A stretch of 64,000 nucleotides of DNA from Ignavibacteria bacterium (lineage in GTDB: Bacteria > Bacteroidota > Ignavibacteria > UBA10030 > SZUA-254). Below are positions 45,895 to 57,608 of this stretch, in pieces. The stretch lies in NCBI GenBank assembly GCA_016178595.1, contig JACOSY010000016.1, positions 38,151-102,150 on the forward strand. The letters run 5' to 3'. The notes beneath the pieces are model-generated. The model did not search any database. It had not been told where the DNA came from and was given only the letters and a program-made list of their open reading frames with translations. Numbering within the stretch: the stretch's first letter is position 1; each line of letters opens with the position of its first letter. The translations under genes were made by a program, and so were the position numbers.

Positions 45895-48800
45895 ATGCTG
45901 CTATATGAAAGGAATTACAAAATGAAAACTCTGCTAATTTTCGCAGTGTGCCTGCTCATGCTGATGCCGAGCATTATGAGCGGGCAGACGTGGACATTCC
46001 AAAAGGGTCCGTACTATGCAAACGACCCGAGGGACATTTCCATTGTTCATGATACAATCTACACAATCGGTGGTTCGAACCGTGAGGTTCTCCGATCGGT
46101 AGATCATGGCGCTACGTGGACAGCGCTCGGGGTCACCAGCGTTTATTGTGTCGGTGCAAAACCCGACAACGCAACCATTCTGCTTGTCGGCTTCGATGAT
46201 GCAGGAGGGAAAGGAATCAAGCGAAGTACGAATGCAGGCAGTTCCTGGACGACGATCTTCAGTTCTGGCCTCGCGAATCGACCAAACCGCATCACGTGGT
46301 CTCCTGTTCATACGAGTACCGTCTATGTTGGAACAACGGAGGCTTCCACTGGTGAACATCTTGCCCGGAGCGACAACTCGGGGGCAGGCTTCAACCTTAT
46401 GACAAACTTCAACTTCCAGACCACGATCACCGACATCGTGTTCGATTTTCAGAACGATGATACCATGTATATCACAGGAATAAAGCTGACAACGGCTACA
46501 GGGATTGACAGCGGGATGTGGCGGACGACTACTGGTATCAGCAATAGCAATCCCTCGTGGTCGACTCGGTCATTCGGCACAGGCAATAACAAAGCAATCG
46601 GGGCAGTTGTAGTTGATCCTTCAAACCATCTGATACTCTATGCTGCTACGTACAAGAACATGCTGATGTTTTACAAGTCCACCAATGCCGGCGGAACATG
46701 GACCAACACATCTCCGGTTGGGGGCGGCACACTGGGCATACGCGACATGAAGATCTTTAGTACGACGATCCTTGTTGCGACGGATTCCGGGATCTGGTAT
46801 TCCAATAACGCCGGCGGACAGTACCAGGCCCTCGTGACCACCGGCTTGTACGACAAGTACTGCCAATCGCTCGCGCTGTCGTCCGCGGGTGGCGTCGATT
46901 ATGTTTTTTGCGGATCATACGCGTCATTCTACCGAAGCACCAACGTCGGTACCGATTGGGTAGAAAGAGATTCGGGGATGGCGAAAGCTGGAATTTCCGC
47001 GTTGAGTCGCTCGGGGAGTTATATTTACACCGTATCAAGCCCTGGATCCGGTATCAACGCCTCACTCGCGAACCGGAGTACGGACGGAGGACTGACCTGG
47101 CAGGTTCTCTTCTCGACCAGCATTGCTGAGGCCTTAGGCGGTGGTTATCAGGTATCGAACGATGTTGCCGTCGATCCAGATGCAACTAATCACGCAGGCA
47201 GAGTACTCATTGCCGGCAAGATTTTGGGATCAGGCATCGGATACGTGATCTTGCGTAGTACCGATTATGGCGTCACGTGGAGACGAACGCTCTCACCTGC
47301 AGGTACGTCCGGAAGCGCTAACCAAATAGCATATAACATTTCGCCCCGCTCCGATACAGTCTACGTTGGCGGAGCTACGAATTCAGCCCCCGTCGGCAGG
47401 ATCTTCTTCTCGACGGACAATGGATCCACATGGTCACTAAAGAGCACCAGCACAGTCGAGGTGCTTTGTGTTGCTGTAGATCCCGTGGCCACCAAGACCC
47501 TGTATGTGGGCACTGCTGGAGATGGTGTGAAGAAAAGTACCGACGCGGCTAGCTCGTTCTCTACGACAGGACTGACCACTGGAACTGTCAACCGGCTTCT
47601 TATCAATCCCAGTAGCACATCCACCGTCATTGCAGCAAAGGCAGATGGTCTCACAAAGACCGTCAACGGCGGTACTAACTGGACAAACATGACGAACCCG
47701 CCGGCAACCAATATCAAGCGTATTATCACTGACAGGCGGTTTCCACCGACTGCAACTGCGATTGATACGCTTCTCGTGGTTGCCTCTGGTACAGCCGATA
47801 CGGTCTATCGCACGGAGACTGGCGGCACATCCTGGACGAATGTCAAGGGTAACCTTGGCTCCCCAATTAACGATCTGCGCAACGACCCAACCGATGTCAA
47901 TCTCCTCTGGACAGGCATGCCCGACGGCGCCTGGGGCATTTCGACGGTGAATGAGCCGGCGCTGAATTCTCCAACCGACGGTCAGGGGGGGTATACGTGG
48001 TGTCCGCTAAGCGCAACATTTTCTTGGTACGCCCCCACGAAGGGAACGGCAACAGGTTACCGGATGCAACTCTCAGATAATTCTTCTTTCTCGTCGCTTG
48101 TGCTGGATATCAACGTAACCGGAACATCTGTCACGGTGAATCAAAACATCACTGTTACCTGCAACTCCCGCTACTGGAGAGTGTATGCAAAGGATGCATT
48201 TGGCGCAGGTCCCTGGTCTGCTGTACGCACGATTAAAACAGATCAAATATCAGTCCCGTCGCTCCTCGGGCCGTCGAACAATTCGACAAACGTCAACAAC
48301 TGTGGGCTTGGCTTCTGGTGGTGGAGCGTCTGCAATGCAACTACTTACACAATGCAACTCTCGACTAATTCAGGCTTCCCGGCAGATGCACGCACGAAAA
48401 CATATACAAACATTGCCAATTCTTACCCCGCTCTGACTGGGTTTACACCACCACAAGCGGATGTGAAGTGCGATAGCGTTTATTACTGGCGCGTACAATC
48501 GGTCAATTGTGCGGGTTCTGGTTCCTACGCAGGACCTTGGACATTCTCGACGGTTTCCTGTGCCACACCGTCTGCCCCTGTGCTCACCCATCCTGCTGAC
48601 AATGCGAATGCCGTGACAAGTTGTGCACCAATAACTTTTAACTGGAATAGCGTCCTGAACGCATCCTCGTATCGCCTGCAGGTTGCCAGCGATAACCAAT
48701 TCAATAATCTTCTGAAGGATACGACAGGAACGTTTGTTGGAGCACCATTCTTCACACCTTTGTGTATTCTGAGCCTCTCGCCCAATCCAAACACAAGCTA

Positions 48801-49518
48801 TTATTGGCGTGTGAAGGATTCTAGCTGCAATGGTGCGAGTGCTTTCTCGTCCCCCTTCACCATTACCACCATCATCGCAAGTCCGCCCACCATGGCAGGG
48901 CCGCCAGCAACACTACACTCACCGATCCACGGCGCCGTGGACATCCCCTATTGCTTGACCACGTATAGCTTCAGTCCTATTACGTATGCAACCCAATACA
49001 TGATCGAGCTAAGTAAGACGAGAACCTTCAGCGCCATTGATCATACTGTTTACCTCGGCAATTACACCAATGACACTCTCGTCACCGATGGAGGTTGTAT
49101 CACTAGCAATACTTTCTACTATTGGAGGGTCCATGCGATCAGTTGTAAACCGGAGACTACGATTGCCTCAGCAATTGATTCGTTCAAAACAATGCTTCCG
49201 ACGGCAACTTTGAGATCGTCAGATCCGATCGAGAAGGTAAACATCCAACCACCCGGAAGCTTCATACTCTACCAGAACTACCCGAATCCGTTCAACCCGA
49301 CCACGCGGTTTGACTATGCCTTGCCCACGGACGAGCATGTGACACTCAAGGTGTACAATGTGCTCGGACAGGAAGTTGCCACACTGGTTGACGATTTCCA
49401 GACAACGGGTTACAAGACCGTGGAGTTTGACGCGAGCTCGCTTCCCAGCGGTCTCTACTTCTACCGCTTGCAAGCAGGTAAGTTCTCCGACATCAAGAAG
49501 ATGATGCTCGTGAAGTAA
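45895..49518 (+). CDS. BNR-repeat / Fn3-like repeat giant protein with T9SS C-terminal sorting domain
   Basis: The N-terminal half has S(T)DGG.TW repeats. The C-terminal half has about four 100-aa repeats each containing YYWRV. The terminal [14 protein letters not shown]...[12 protein letters not shown] matches the T9SS tail. Confidence 0.65.
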   Translation: MLLYERNYKMKTLLIFAVCLLMLMPSIMSGQTWTFQKGPYYANDPRDISIVHDTIYTIGGSNREVLRSVDHGATWTALGVTSVYCVGAKPDNATILLVGFDDAGGKGIKRSTNAGSSWTTIFSSGLANRPNRITWSPVHTSTVYVGTTEASTGEHLARSDNSGAGFNLMTNFNFQTTITDIVFDFQNDDTMYITGIKLTTATGIDSGMWRTTTGISNSNPSWSTRSFGTGNNKAIGAVVVDPSNHLILYAATYKNMLMFYKSTNAGGTWTNTSPVGGGTLGIRDMKIFSTTILVATDSGIWYSNNAGGQYQALVTTGLYDKYCQSLALSSAGGVDYVFCGSYASFYRSTNVGTDWVERDSGMAKAGISALSRSGSYIYTVSSPGSGINASLANRSTDGGLTWQVLFSTSIAEALGGGYQVSNDVAVDPDATNHAGRVLIAGKILGSGIGYVILRSTDYGVTWRRTLSPAGTSGSANQIAYNISPRSDTVYVGGATNSAPVGRIFFSTDNGSTWSLKSTSTVEVLCVAVDPVATKTLYVGTAGDGVKKSTDAASSFSTTGLTTGTVNRLLINPSSTSTVIAAKADGLTKTVNGGTNWTNMTNPPATNIKRIITDRRFPPTATAIDTLLVVASGTADTVYRTETGGTSWTNVKGNLGSPINDLRNDPTDVNLLWTGMPDGAWGISTVNEPALNSPTDGQGGYTWCPLSATFSWYAPTKGTATGYRMQLSDNSSFSSLVLDINVTGTSVTVNQNITVTCNSRYWRVYAKDAFGAGPWSAVRTIKTDQISVPSLLGPSNNSTNVNNCGLGFWWWSVCNATTYTMQLSTNSGFPADARTKTYTNIANSYPALTGFTPPQADVKCDSVYYWRVQSVNCAGSGSYAGPWTFSTVSCATPSAPVLTHPADNANAVTSCAPITFNWNSVLNASSYRLQVASDNQFNNLLKDTTGTFVGAPFFTPLCILSLSPNPNTSYYWRVKDSSCNGASAFSSPFTITTIIASPPTMAGPPATLHSPIHGAVDIPYCLTTYSFSPITYATQYMIELSKTRTFSAIDHTVYLGNYTNDTLVTDGGCITSNTFYYWRVHAISCKPETTIASAIDSFKTMLPTATLRSSDPIEKVNIQPPGSFILYQNYPNPFNPTTRFDYALPTDEHVTLKVYNVLGQEVATLVDDFQTTGYKTVEFDASSLPSGLYFYRLQAGKFSDIKKMMLVK

Positions 49519-49536
49519 TTCCTCCTTCCTTTTCTT

Positions 49537-49578
49537 CGGCGGCGGTCATCGTTCCCAGCGGCGACCGCCGCTTTTTTT
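49537..49578 (+). terminator. Rho-independent terminator (CGGCGGCGGTC...GACCGCCGC + T7)
   Basis: A GC-rich hairpin followed by TTTTTTT lies 20 bp after the stop of the giant gene. Confidence 0.7.
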
Positions 49579-49673
49579 ACGGTGTTTGCACAACTCGCCG
49601 ATAAATCCTATCTTTGAAGTGACTTGCAAGCCTGATAGCAGGATTTCAAACCATATTATTCTAACCGAATCTC

Positions 49674-52600
49674 TTGAACGCTTTGCGCCTCCACAGAAGC
49701 TTCGCTCTCTTTTTCTTCCTTCTTTCGCTGCTCTATGCTTCCGGCTCAATGCTGCTCTTTTCGCAGGAGAACAAAGAGAATGCCGACTTCAAGCTTGCCG
49801 TCGGGTTGTACAACGACAATATGTACGATCTCGCCATCGAACAACTGAAGAATTTCATCAACACCTACCCGGGCACAGCACAAGGTGTTGAGGCTCGCTA
49901 CTATCTCGGGCTTTCGCAGCTCAAGCTGAAGCGCTTCGATGACGCTCGCAGCACGTTCCAGAACTTCGCGCTGAGTTACTCCGATCATCCGAAAGCTCCG
50001 GAAGCGTGGATGAATGTCGGCGAAGCATTTCTCGCCTTGAAGAATGAACGGGAAGCTGCATCGGCATTCGAACGCATCCGGGTGTTCCATCCTAAAAGCC
50101 CGCTCGTACCGGAAGGATTGTTGCGCGCAGGCACGGTCTATCGCCGGCTCGGTGATCGGGAAGCGGCAAAGCGAATGTTCCGTGCAATCATACAGGAGTA
50201 TCCGTCAAGCAAGCAGCTCATCGAGGCAAGACTCGCGATGGGAGAACTCTACGCAGAGGAAGGTCAGACGACTCTTGCCGAACAGGAAATCCGCCGTGTC
50301 CGCGAGAGCGAGGCACCTCCTGCAATAAAAAACAACGCTCTCCTCGTTCTCGGGAAGATACAAGTTGAGGAATGCCTGTTCGATCAGGCTGAATCCACCT
50401 TCACGCGTCTCGTCCAAGCACATCCGAAATCTTCAAGCACTCCTCTTGCTGCCTTTGAGCTTGGAAAGATTGCGCTGAGCGCGCAGGATTACGGTGCAGC
50501 GATCAACTACTTTACAAGCGTTGCGTCGGACACTGAAGCCGCCGACAGCCTTCGCGCCGAGGCGAGCTATCAAAGCGGATTATCCCGAATGCGATATCTC
50601 TATTCGGGTCGTGGATCGCACGACCAGAATCTTCAGCTTGGCGTCAAAGCACTAAAGTCGTTTGAGGAATTCCTCAGCCGGTTCCCCAACAATCGTCTTG
50701 CACATGAGGCACACCTCATGGCACTGCGCGCAGCACGTTTTACAAGCTCGACAGATGCCGCGATACAACACGCCAATACCCTTCTTGCTTCTGCAACTTT
50801 ACCGCTGATCCGGGAGAAGGCGCTCTTCCTTGGAGCCTTGGCGTCAGAGGAAGGAAAGAAATTCGATCAAGCAATACGATATTATACTGCTTTCATAACC
50901 GAATATCCGGACGACCCCACCACGCCTTTCGTCTATAAACGTCTCGGGGAATTGTATTACTACCAGCTTAAAAACCCACGGCGCGCACTCGTCTACTTTG
51001 AAGACTACGGGCTGCAGTTTCCCAATGCACTGAAGGTTTCGCCGGTGTTCCTAATAATGGCAGAGTGCTATTCGGCCCTCGGCGAAGGCGCGGCGGCGGC
51101 GGATGCATACGAGAAGGTCCTTCAGTCTGAAGTAAATGCGTCGATACGCGCATCGTTGAGACAGGGATTGGAAAACTTGCTGGATTCTCATCGAGATCTC
51201 GCACTGGTTTTAGACAAACTTGCTCAATTGCTGCAGGGATCTGTCCTGCAACCGCACCCGTCCAAACCAGCGTTCCTGTACCGGCTTGGTAAACTTTATT
51301 TCGACGATCTCAGGGATTTCGAGGAGGCAGCCAAGGATTTCGACAGCTGCATTACCGCAGGAATCGGAGGAGACAGTCTGATCTATGCAAAGTGGTACCT
51401 TGCCCGCTCATACGACCGTCTCAGTTATAGAGATTCTACACTGACGCGTCGGGCGCTCGCGCTTTATGATGAATTGATAAATTCAGACATACACAATGGC
51501 CTCGAGTCTGCCATTATCTATGACAGCTATAAGTTACACACCCGGACAGGTGAGGCACGCATTCGTGCGTCACTTGGCAAAGAGTATCTCACCAAATATC
51601 CTCTGATGGGATATCAGGACGAAGTACTGTCCGATATTGCGAGATTTTCTTTGGAAGCAGGAGATAGTGTCAGTGCATCTGTTGCTCTCGATAAACTGAT
51701 CGCCCGATTTCCCCATACCCCGGGATGGTACGATGCAATTCGGCTGCGTGGTGAGATGCTGTTGAAAAGCTCTTCTTCCGACTCCGCAATCGTTTGCTGG
51801 AAACGCGCTTTATCCACTCAAACTCCATCCTCGCTCTTACCGACGTTATGGATGCACATTGCCGACACGTACCATGAGAGGAAGGAGTTTTCAAAAGCGG
51901 CGGAGTTTTTCGAGATGCTCACCGACACGTTTCCCGATTTTCCCCTCGCTTCACTCGCCAGGATGAAGCTCGCAGAAGACTACATGCAGATCGGAAAATA
52001 TCGCCGAGCCATCGCACTCTACGAGGACGACATTGACCGACCGCGAGTGAATGCCGAGGAGTTGGAACCAAGCACGTCCCTTTATGCGAAATTAGGAACC
52101 GCATACGAAAAAATGGGCAACTACCCGGAGGCGGTACGCCATTATTGCGAGTATCTTGCCCTTGAGCGAACCGGTCCGCTTGCCAGCAGCATCTTCTACG
52201 CGCTTGGCGGAATAGCGCGGATGCAGGGCAACACTTCCCTTGCTGCATCCTATCTTCGCCAGGCTGCGGCAGTGGGTGAACGATCGACGGTTTCCCGAGA
52301 CATCGCAGACCTTCTCTTTCAGAGCGAACAATACACCGGAGCATTGAATCAGTACGAGCAACTCTCACACCTCTCAAGCAATCCCGATAGTATGCGATAT
52401 TTTCAGGCGCGCGCAATCGTTGCGACACTCCGGATGGATAAACTTCCCGAAGCACAGAAGCGTATCGGCGAGTTCGAGGCGTCATTCAAGGACGCAAAAC
52501 CGGAACGCGCTGAGATTGAATACGAAAAGGGATTATATTACTACCGCATGCAGGAGTACGCGAGCGCCAAGAAAACATTCGAAAAAATCTCGAACGATTA

Positions 52601-53357
52601 CTCCGATACACGTTTTGCCCCGTGGAGTCGATACTATAATGGGAAGATCGCGGAGGTGACGAACAAGCTCGACGACGCGGCAAAAATTTATGAAGAGATA
52701 ATCTCGAAGTCACCGGAATCGGATGTTCTGCCGCATGTTTTCCTCTCGCTCGGCAACATGCACTTCAACGCCGAGCGCTTCGAGCAAGCCATCAAGTATT
52801 ATCAAGAGATTACAAAAGATCCGGAGCGTGCCGGCGACATTCTTCCCTATGCAATGAATAATCTCATCGAAGCATTCGAATCACTGAAGCTCTACGATGC
52901 GGCATTGAAGACCACGTGCGATTTCATCGAACATTATCCGAATGATGAGAGCATCATCGACAAAAAAATCAAGATCGGCGCACTGTATACGCATATCGGC
53001 TACTATGACCAGGCAGTGCAGCAATTCCAGATAGTGTTGAACGATGTGGGAAGCTCGATGGAAGCGGAACTCCGATATAATATCGGCGAAGCGTACTATT
53101 ATAAAGGTGATTATCAGCAGGCAATTCTGGAATTCCTGAAAGTGCCGTACCTTGTCGCACAGCAAGGCAAAGTGAATTGGACCGCCACATCGCTCTACAT
53201 GGCAGGCCAGGCGTACGAGAAGATGTCGAAGTTCGACGAAGCTATCGGGATGTACCGGCAGATCATCGAGCGATCGGAGATCGATGCAACATTCAAATCC
53301 GCAGCACGGAAAGAAATCGATCGCGTGAAGGGGCTGACGAAGAAAGGTTCGAAGTAA
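49674..53357 (+). CDS. Tetratricopeptide-repeat (TPR) protein, 1227 aa
   Basis: A signal peptide is present. There are dozens of A-x-Y..G-like TPR helices throughout. Confidence 0.7.
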   Translation: MNALRLHRSFALFFFLLSLLYASGSMLLFSQENKENADFKLAVGLYNDNMYDLAIEQLKNFINTYPGTAQGVEARYYLGLSQLKLKRFDDARSTFQNFALSYSDHPKAPEAWMNVGEAFLALKNEREAASAFERIRVFHPKSPLVPEGLLRAGTVYRRLGDREAAKRMFRAIIQEYPSSKQLIEARLAMGELYAEEGQTTLAEQEIRRVRESEAPPAIKNNALLVLGKIQVEECLFDQAESTFTRLVQAHPKSSSTPLAAFELGKIALSAQDYGAAINYFTSVASDTEAADSLRAEASYQSGLSRMRYLYSGRGSHDQNLQLGVKALKSFEEFLSRFPNNRLAHEAHLMALRAARFTSSTDAAIQHANTLLASATLPLIREKALFLGALASEEGKKFDQAIRYYTAFITEYPDDPTTPFVYKRLGELYYYQLKNPRRALVYFEDYGLQFPNALKVSPVFLIMAECYSALGEGAAAADAYEKVLQSEVNASIRASLRQGLENLLDSHRDLALVLDKLAQLLQGSVLQPHPSKPAFLYRLGKLYFDDLRDFEEAAKDFDSCITAGIGGDSLIYAKWYLARSYDRLSYRDSTLTRRALALYDELINSDIHNGLESAIIYDSYKLHTRTGEARIRASLGKEYLTKYPLMGYQDEVLSDIARFSLEAGDSVSASVALDKLIARFPHTPGWYDAIRLRGEMLLKSSSSDSAIVCWKRALSTQTPSSLLPTLWMHIADTYHERKEFSKAAEFFEMLTDTFPDFPLASLARMKLAEDYMQIGKYRRAIALYEDDIDRPRVNAEELEPSTSLYAKLGTAYEKMGNYPEAVRHYCEYLALERTGPLASSIFYALGGIARMQGNTSLAASYLRQAAAVGERSTVSRDIADLLFQSEQYTGALNQYEQLSHLSSNPDSMRYFQARAIVATLRMDKLPEAQKRIGEFEASFKDAKPERAEIEYEKGLYYYRMQEYASAKKTFEKISNDYSDTRFAPWSRYYNGKIAEVTNKLDDAAKIYEEIISKSPESDVLPHVFLSLGNMHFNAERFEQAIKYYQEITKDPERAGDILPYAMNNLIEAFESLKLYDAALKTTCDFIEHYPNDESIIDKKIKIGALYTHIGYYDQAVQQFQIVLNDVGSSMEAELRYNIGEAYYYKGDYQQAILEFLKVPYLVAQQGKVNWTATSLYMAGQAYEKMSKFDEAIGMYRQIIERSEIDATFKSAARKEIDRVKGLTKKGSK

Positions 53358-53359
53358 AC

Positions 53360-54511
53360 ATGTTCGAACAAGAAACCGAACATATCCTTGAGATCGCCCG
53401 CCAGCGGACGATCGGCAATGCAGAAGCAATTACGGTGAAAGACATCCTCGCAGCAGATGTGCCTTCGCCGGTCAAAACTTTTTTCCGGGCCGATATCGAA
53501 GCATTGCTGCTCGATGAATTTCAGCAGCACAGGAAGAAAAGCCGGTTCAATTTCCGGCATCCTGAGGTACAAAGCCTTCAAAACCAAATCAATTCCATCC
53601 TCGTTCTTAACTTTACATTCGAGCGGGTGGAATTCCTCAACCGCCTGAACGACACGGTGCACCTCGTGATCAATTACCTTGTGCGTCCGCAGTGGACATT
53701 AACGAGCGTTCTCTTCGAACACGAGCCTTCGACTTCTCCTCTCTCGCTCCTGAGACTGCTGCGCTATTTCGGGCCGTACGAGTATGTGAAGGATCTTCTC
53801 GTGCGCTACGTCCAAGAAAAAACGGCGGCTGAGTTTACGAAAGAGGAGTTCGCTTTCCTCCTGTGGCGCCTGGATGCTGAATACCTCCGCCGCAAATCGG
53901 GCGACGAGCTGGCCCGTATTCTCTTTCCTCTCTATGAGTTCTTTGACTATCCGAAGAGGAGTGGAAACAAGAGTCTTCCTATCAAGGCATTGGTACGATA
54001 CTTTGAGGATAAAGGGCTGGCGTCTGTTCTCTCCATGCTCGAAGGAGCAACCGTGCAAGGGAAGGAAGAAATTTCTCACCGTGAGTTAGGGGAATTGTTG
54101 GAAAATGTTCGCCGGACGAATGGCGCCTTTGAAGCCGTGAAGCTTGATGTTGTGCCTCAACCTGACAACGCGGTGGAGGCTGTCGCATCGACGGTAAACC
54201 CCAATCCTCTTCCACCATCACCAGCGGAGTTTGCGCAACAGGTCCCGCGAGCGCCGGTCGCAGTGCAGGTACCTTCCACACGTGTCCTTGAAATCAACGA
54301 CGGCGATCGGAAGCGATTCACTCGAAGAATCTTCAGGCAGGATGAAGCCGCATTCGCTTCCGCTATTGGTGCACTTGAACATACGCCATCATGGAAAGAA
54401 GCCTCGAAGGTCATCGATGAAATCTTCATCCAGAACGTCATTGATCCATATTCGTCTGATGCGCTGCGCTTTATCGAAACTCTCTTCAAACAATTTCAGA
54501 AAACACGGTGA
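53360..54511 (+). CDS. Hypothetical protein (coupled to the TPR gene)
   Basis: It starts 3 nt after the TPR stop at MFEQETE. No family was recognised. Confidence 0.4.
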   Translation: MFEQETEHILEIARQRTIGNAEAITVKDILAADVPSPVKTFFRADIEALLLDEFQQHRKKSRFNFRHPEVQSLQNQINSILVLNFTFERVEFLNRLNDTVHLVINYLVRPQWTLTSVLFEHEPSTSPLSLLRLLRYFGPYEYVKDLLVRYVQEKTAAEFTKEEFAFLLWRLDAEYLRRKSGDELARILFPLYEFFDYPKRSGNKSLPIKALVRYFEDKGLASVLSMLEGATVQGKEEISHRELGELLENVRRTNGAFEAVKLDVVPQPDNAVEAVASTVNPNPLPPSPAEFAQQVPRAPVAVQVPSTRVLEINDGDRKRFTRRIFRQDEAAFASAIGALEHTPSWKEASKVIDEIFIQNVIDPYSSDALRFIETLFKQFQKTR

Positions 54512-54569
54512 CTGATGATCGACAATGAATCGCAGGTGCTTTTCAGCATGAGAAATCCGGTGTAATGAC

Positions 54570-55577
54570 ATGTTCATCGATCAAGCGGCAATCTATGTGA
54601 AGGCCGGTAAGGGAGGCGACGGGGTTGTCAGTTTCCGCCGGGAGAAGTTCATTCCGAAAGGCGGCCCCGACGGCGGGAATGGCGGGAACGGCGGCAGCGT
54701 CATCATCCATGCCGACCGGCAGCTCGCGACGCTGCTCGACTTCCGATACAAGCGCAACTACATTGCTCCGAACGGCCAGCACGGAATGGGAGCCAGGAAG
54801 ACCGGCAAATCGGGAGACGACCTTGTCATCCGCGTGCCAGCAGGCACAGTCATCAAGGATGCAGAATCAGGCAACGTGATTGCAGACCTGGTGGAACATA
54901 CTGACGAGATTGTCATTACTCGCGGTGGTCGTGGCGGCAAAGGCAATTCCATGTTCGCTACGTCGACAAATCAGGCCCCGCGCAAGGCAACAAAAGGAAA
55001 GCTTGGCAAAGGGAAGACCATTCAACTCGAGCTGAAGCTTCTCGCCGATGTCGGGCTTGTCGGATTTCCGAACGCCGGCAAATCCACGCTGATCTCACGC
55101 ATCTCGGCGGCAAAACCGAAGATCGCCGATTATCCGTTCACGACGCTTATCCCAAATCTCGGCATCGTACAGTATGGAGATTATCAGAGCTTTGTCGTTG
55201 CCGATATGCCGGGACTCATCGAAGGTGCGCACACAGGAAAAGGACTCGGCATCCAATTCCTCCGGCACATCGAGCGAACCAGCGTTCTTGTCTTCATGAT
55301 CGAATCGACCGGCGGCAATTTGAAAGAACAATACGAGACACTTGCAGACGAGTTAGCGTCGTTCAATGAAACAATGTTGAAGAAGCCGCAGATCATCACC
55401 ATCACGAAGATGGATCTTGCGGATGAAAAGCGCCGGAAGGAATTAGACAAATTAAAGTTCAAGCGAGGCATGACGGTCATCCGCATCTCTTCAGCGACTG
55501 GAGAGGGGTTGAAGGAGCTATTGGATGTGGTGTGGAAGAAACTTCGGTTCAAGAAACCACACAAAGCAAACAATTAA
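54570..55577 (+). CDS. obg: GTPase Obg/CgtA
   Basis: An N-terminal Gly-rich Obg fold (GGDGGNGGNGG) is followed by G1 GFPNAGKST and G3 DMPG. Confidence 0.9.
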   Translation: MFIDQAAIYVKAGKGGDGVVSFRREKFIPKGGPDGGNGGNGGSVIIHADRQLATLLDFRYKRNYIAPNGQHGMGARKTGKSGDDLVIRVPAGTVIKDAESGNVIADLVEHTDEIVITRGGRGGKGNSMFATSTNQAPRKATKGKLGKGKTIQLELKLLADVGLVGFPNAGKSTLISRISAAKPKIADYPFTTLIPNLGIVQYGDYQSFVVADMPGLIEGAHTGKGLGIQFLRHIERTSVLVFMIESTGGNLKEQYETLADELASFNETMLKKPQIITITKMDLADEKRRKELDKLKFKRGMTVIRISSATGEGLKELLDVVWKKLRFKKPHKANN

Positions 55578-55605
55578 CAAATAACCAATAACCATTAACG
55601 TTCTC

Positions 55606-56310
55606 ATGGGCAGAGCATTTGAATTCAGACGTGCGCGGAAGGAAAAGCGATGGGGCAAGATGGCCGTTGCGTTCACGAAACTCAGCAAGGAAATCACTCT
55701 TGCCGTGAAGAAAGGCGGACCGGAACCGGATACGAATCTCCGACTTCGCGTGGCAATTGAAGCCTCAAGGGCCGTGAACATGCCGAAAGACAAGATCGAA
55801 GCCGCCATCAAGCGTGCGACGTCGAAGGAAGCGCAGCTCGAGGAAGTTGTGTACGAAGGCTACGGTCCTCACGGCATTGCCATCGTCGTCGAAACCGCGA
55901 CCGACAATCCAACCCGAACGGTCGGCAATATCCGGAGTTGCTTCACACATGCGGGCGGGTCGCTTGGCACCAGCGGATCGCTCGATTTCCTCTTCGAGCG
56001 CAAAGGGGTGTTCCAATTCCCAGCATCGAACCGAAACCTCGAAGAACTCGAGCTGGAATTGATCGACTACGGCGCCGAGGAATTCGTTGTCGATGACGGT
56101 GAAGTGTTCGTCTACACTGGCTTCGGCGATTTCGTCACAATGCAGAAAGCATTTGAACAGAAGGGAATCCAGCCCACCAGTGCTGAGATTCAGCGCATCC
56201 CTACTTCCGTCGCCGAGCTTCCGGAAAACAAAGCTCAGGAAGTCAATGCACTGATCGAGAGACTTGAAGAGGATGAAGACGTGCAGACGGTGTATCACAC
56301 CATGAAGTGA
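55606..56310 (+). CDS. yebC: YebC/PmpR family DNA-binding transcriptional regulator
   Basis: The N-terminal AHSKW-like GRAFEFRRARKEKRWGK and the overall length are diagnostic. Confidence 0.9.
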   Translation: MGRAFEFRRARKEKRWGKMAVAFTKLSKEITLAVKKGGPEPDTNLRLRVAIEASRAVNMPKDKIEAAIKRATSKEAQLEEVVYEGYGPHGIAIVVETATDNPTRTVGNIRSCFTHAGGSLGTSGSLDFLFERKGVFQFPASNRNLEELELELIDYGAEEFVVDDGEVFVYTGFGDFVTMQKAFEQKGIQPTSAEIQRIPTSVAELPENKAQEVNALIERLEEDEDVQTVYHTMK

Positions 56311-56445
56311 TCGAAGTGATCTATTGAAGAAGCTTGATGATGTTTTCGGTAGGAGAGATTCCTTCCTTGCCTTCCAATCAGCTTTTGCGTACATTTCAAG
56401 TGTTTTTGTCCACGGCATCCACTACAGACTTCACCGTCGAGAATC

Positions 56446-57564
56446 ATGGATATCTTCAAGGAAATAGAACGGCGAGAGCACGAACAGGTCGTGTTCTGTT
56501 CCGATAAGCAATCGAAATTCCGTGCAATCATTGCGATTCACAACACGACTCTTGGCCCCGCGCTCGGCGGCGCTCGCATGTGGATGTATGCTTCCGACCA
56601 GGATGCCTTGACCGATGCGCTCCGACTTTCGCGCGGCATGACCTACAAAGCTGCCGTTGCCGGATTAAATCTTGGCGGCGGAAAAGCAGTCATCATCGGC
56701 GATCCGAATAACGATAAGAACGAAGCGCTCTTCCGCACGTACGGACGTTTCGTTGAAGGGCTCGCCGGACGCTACATCACCGCTGAGGACGTCGGGACGA
56801 GCGTGCAGGACATGGAATGGGTCCGCATGGAGACGAAGTACGTCACGGGCATCGATCGTGCACTCGGGGGAAGCGGCGATCCTTCTCCCGTTACGGCATT
56901 CGGCGTCTACCAGGGAATGAAGGCATGTATGAAAGAGCTTACAGGGAGCGAATCGTTGAAAGCCAAGAAGATCGCAGTCCAGGGAGCCGGACATGTTGCC
57001 AGTTACCTCTGTGAACATCTTGCAAAAGAGGGAGCAAAACTTTTCATCACCGATATTTACGAAGAGAAGGCAAGCGCACTCGCCGCCCGGACGAAAGCCA
57101 AGTATATTCATCCCGATAAAATTTACGACGTCGATGCGGATGTTTTTTGTCCCTGCGCGCTCGGAGCCATCGTGAATGATGATACGCTCCCACGACTGAA
57201 AGCGCAGATCATCGCCGGCGGGGCAAACAACCAGCTCAAAGATGAAAAGAAGCATGGCCAGATGTTGATGAAGAAAAAAATCCTCTACGCGCCTGACTAT
57301 GCCATCAATGCCGGCGGACTGATCAGCGTTGCGAATGAGCTCGAGGGGTATCCTCACGAGCGCGCACTCAAACAGGCCGAAGGCATCTACGATACAATCC
57401 GGAGGATCTTCGCAACAGCAAAGCAGGAGAACATTCCGACCTACGAAGCGTCAGACCGATTGGCAGAGCAGCGCATCGAAAGCATCGGCCACATCCGAAA
57501 CCTCTACGCTGGAAAATCAGAGTTTGTAGGACGGCTCGGCGAACTCGACCATATGAAAGGATAA
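56446..57564 (+). CDS. Leucine/valine (Glu/Leu/Phe/Val family) dehydrogenase
   Basis: The catalytic-Lys region GGGKAVI and the NAD-binding GAGHVA motif are present. Confidence 0.85.
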   Translation: MDIFKEIERREHEQVVFCSDKQSKFRAIIAIHNTTLGPALGGARMWMYASDQDALTDALRLSRGMTYKAAVAGLNLGGGKAVIIGDPNNDKNEALFRTYGRFVEGLAGRYITAEDVGTSVQDMEWVRMETKYVTGIDRALGGSGDPSPVTAFGVYQGMKACMKELTGSESLKAKKIAVQGAGHVASYLCEHLAKEGAKLFITDIYEEKASALAARTKAKYIHPDKIYDVDADVFCPCALGAIVNDDTLPRLKAQIIAGGANNQLKDEKKHGQMLMKKKILYAPDYAINAGGLISVANELEGYPHERALKQAEGIYDTIRRIFATAKQENIPTYEASDRLAEQRIESIGHIRNLYAGKSEFVGRLGELDHMKG

Positions 57565-57608
57565 GGACATTGGTGAACGATCCAATAAGCGTATTGTTGT
57601 AGGAAAAT

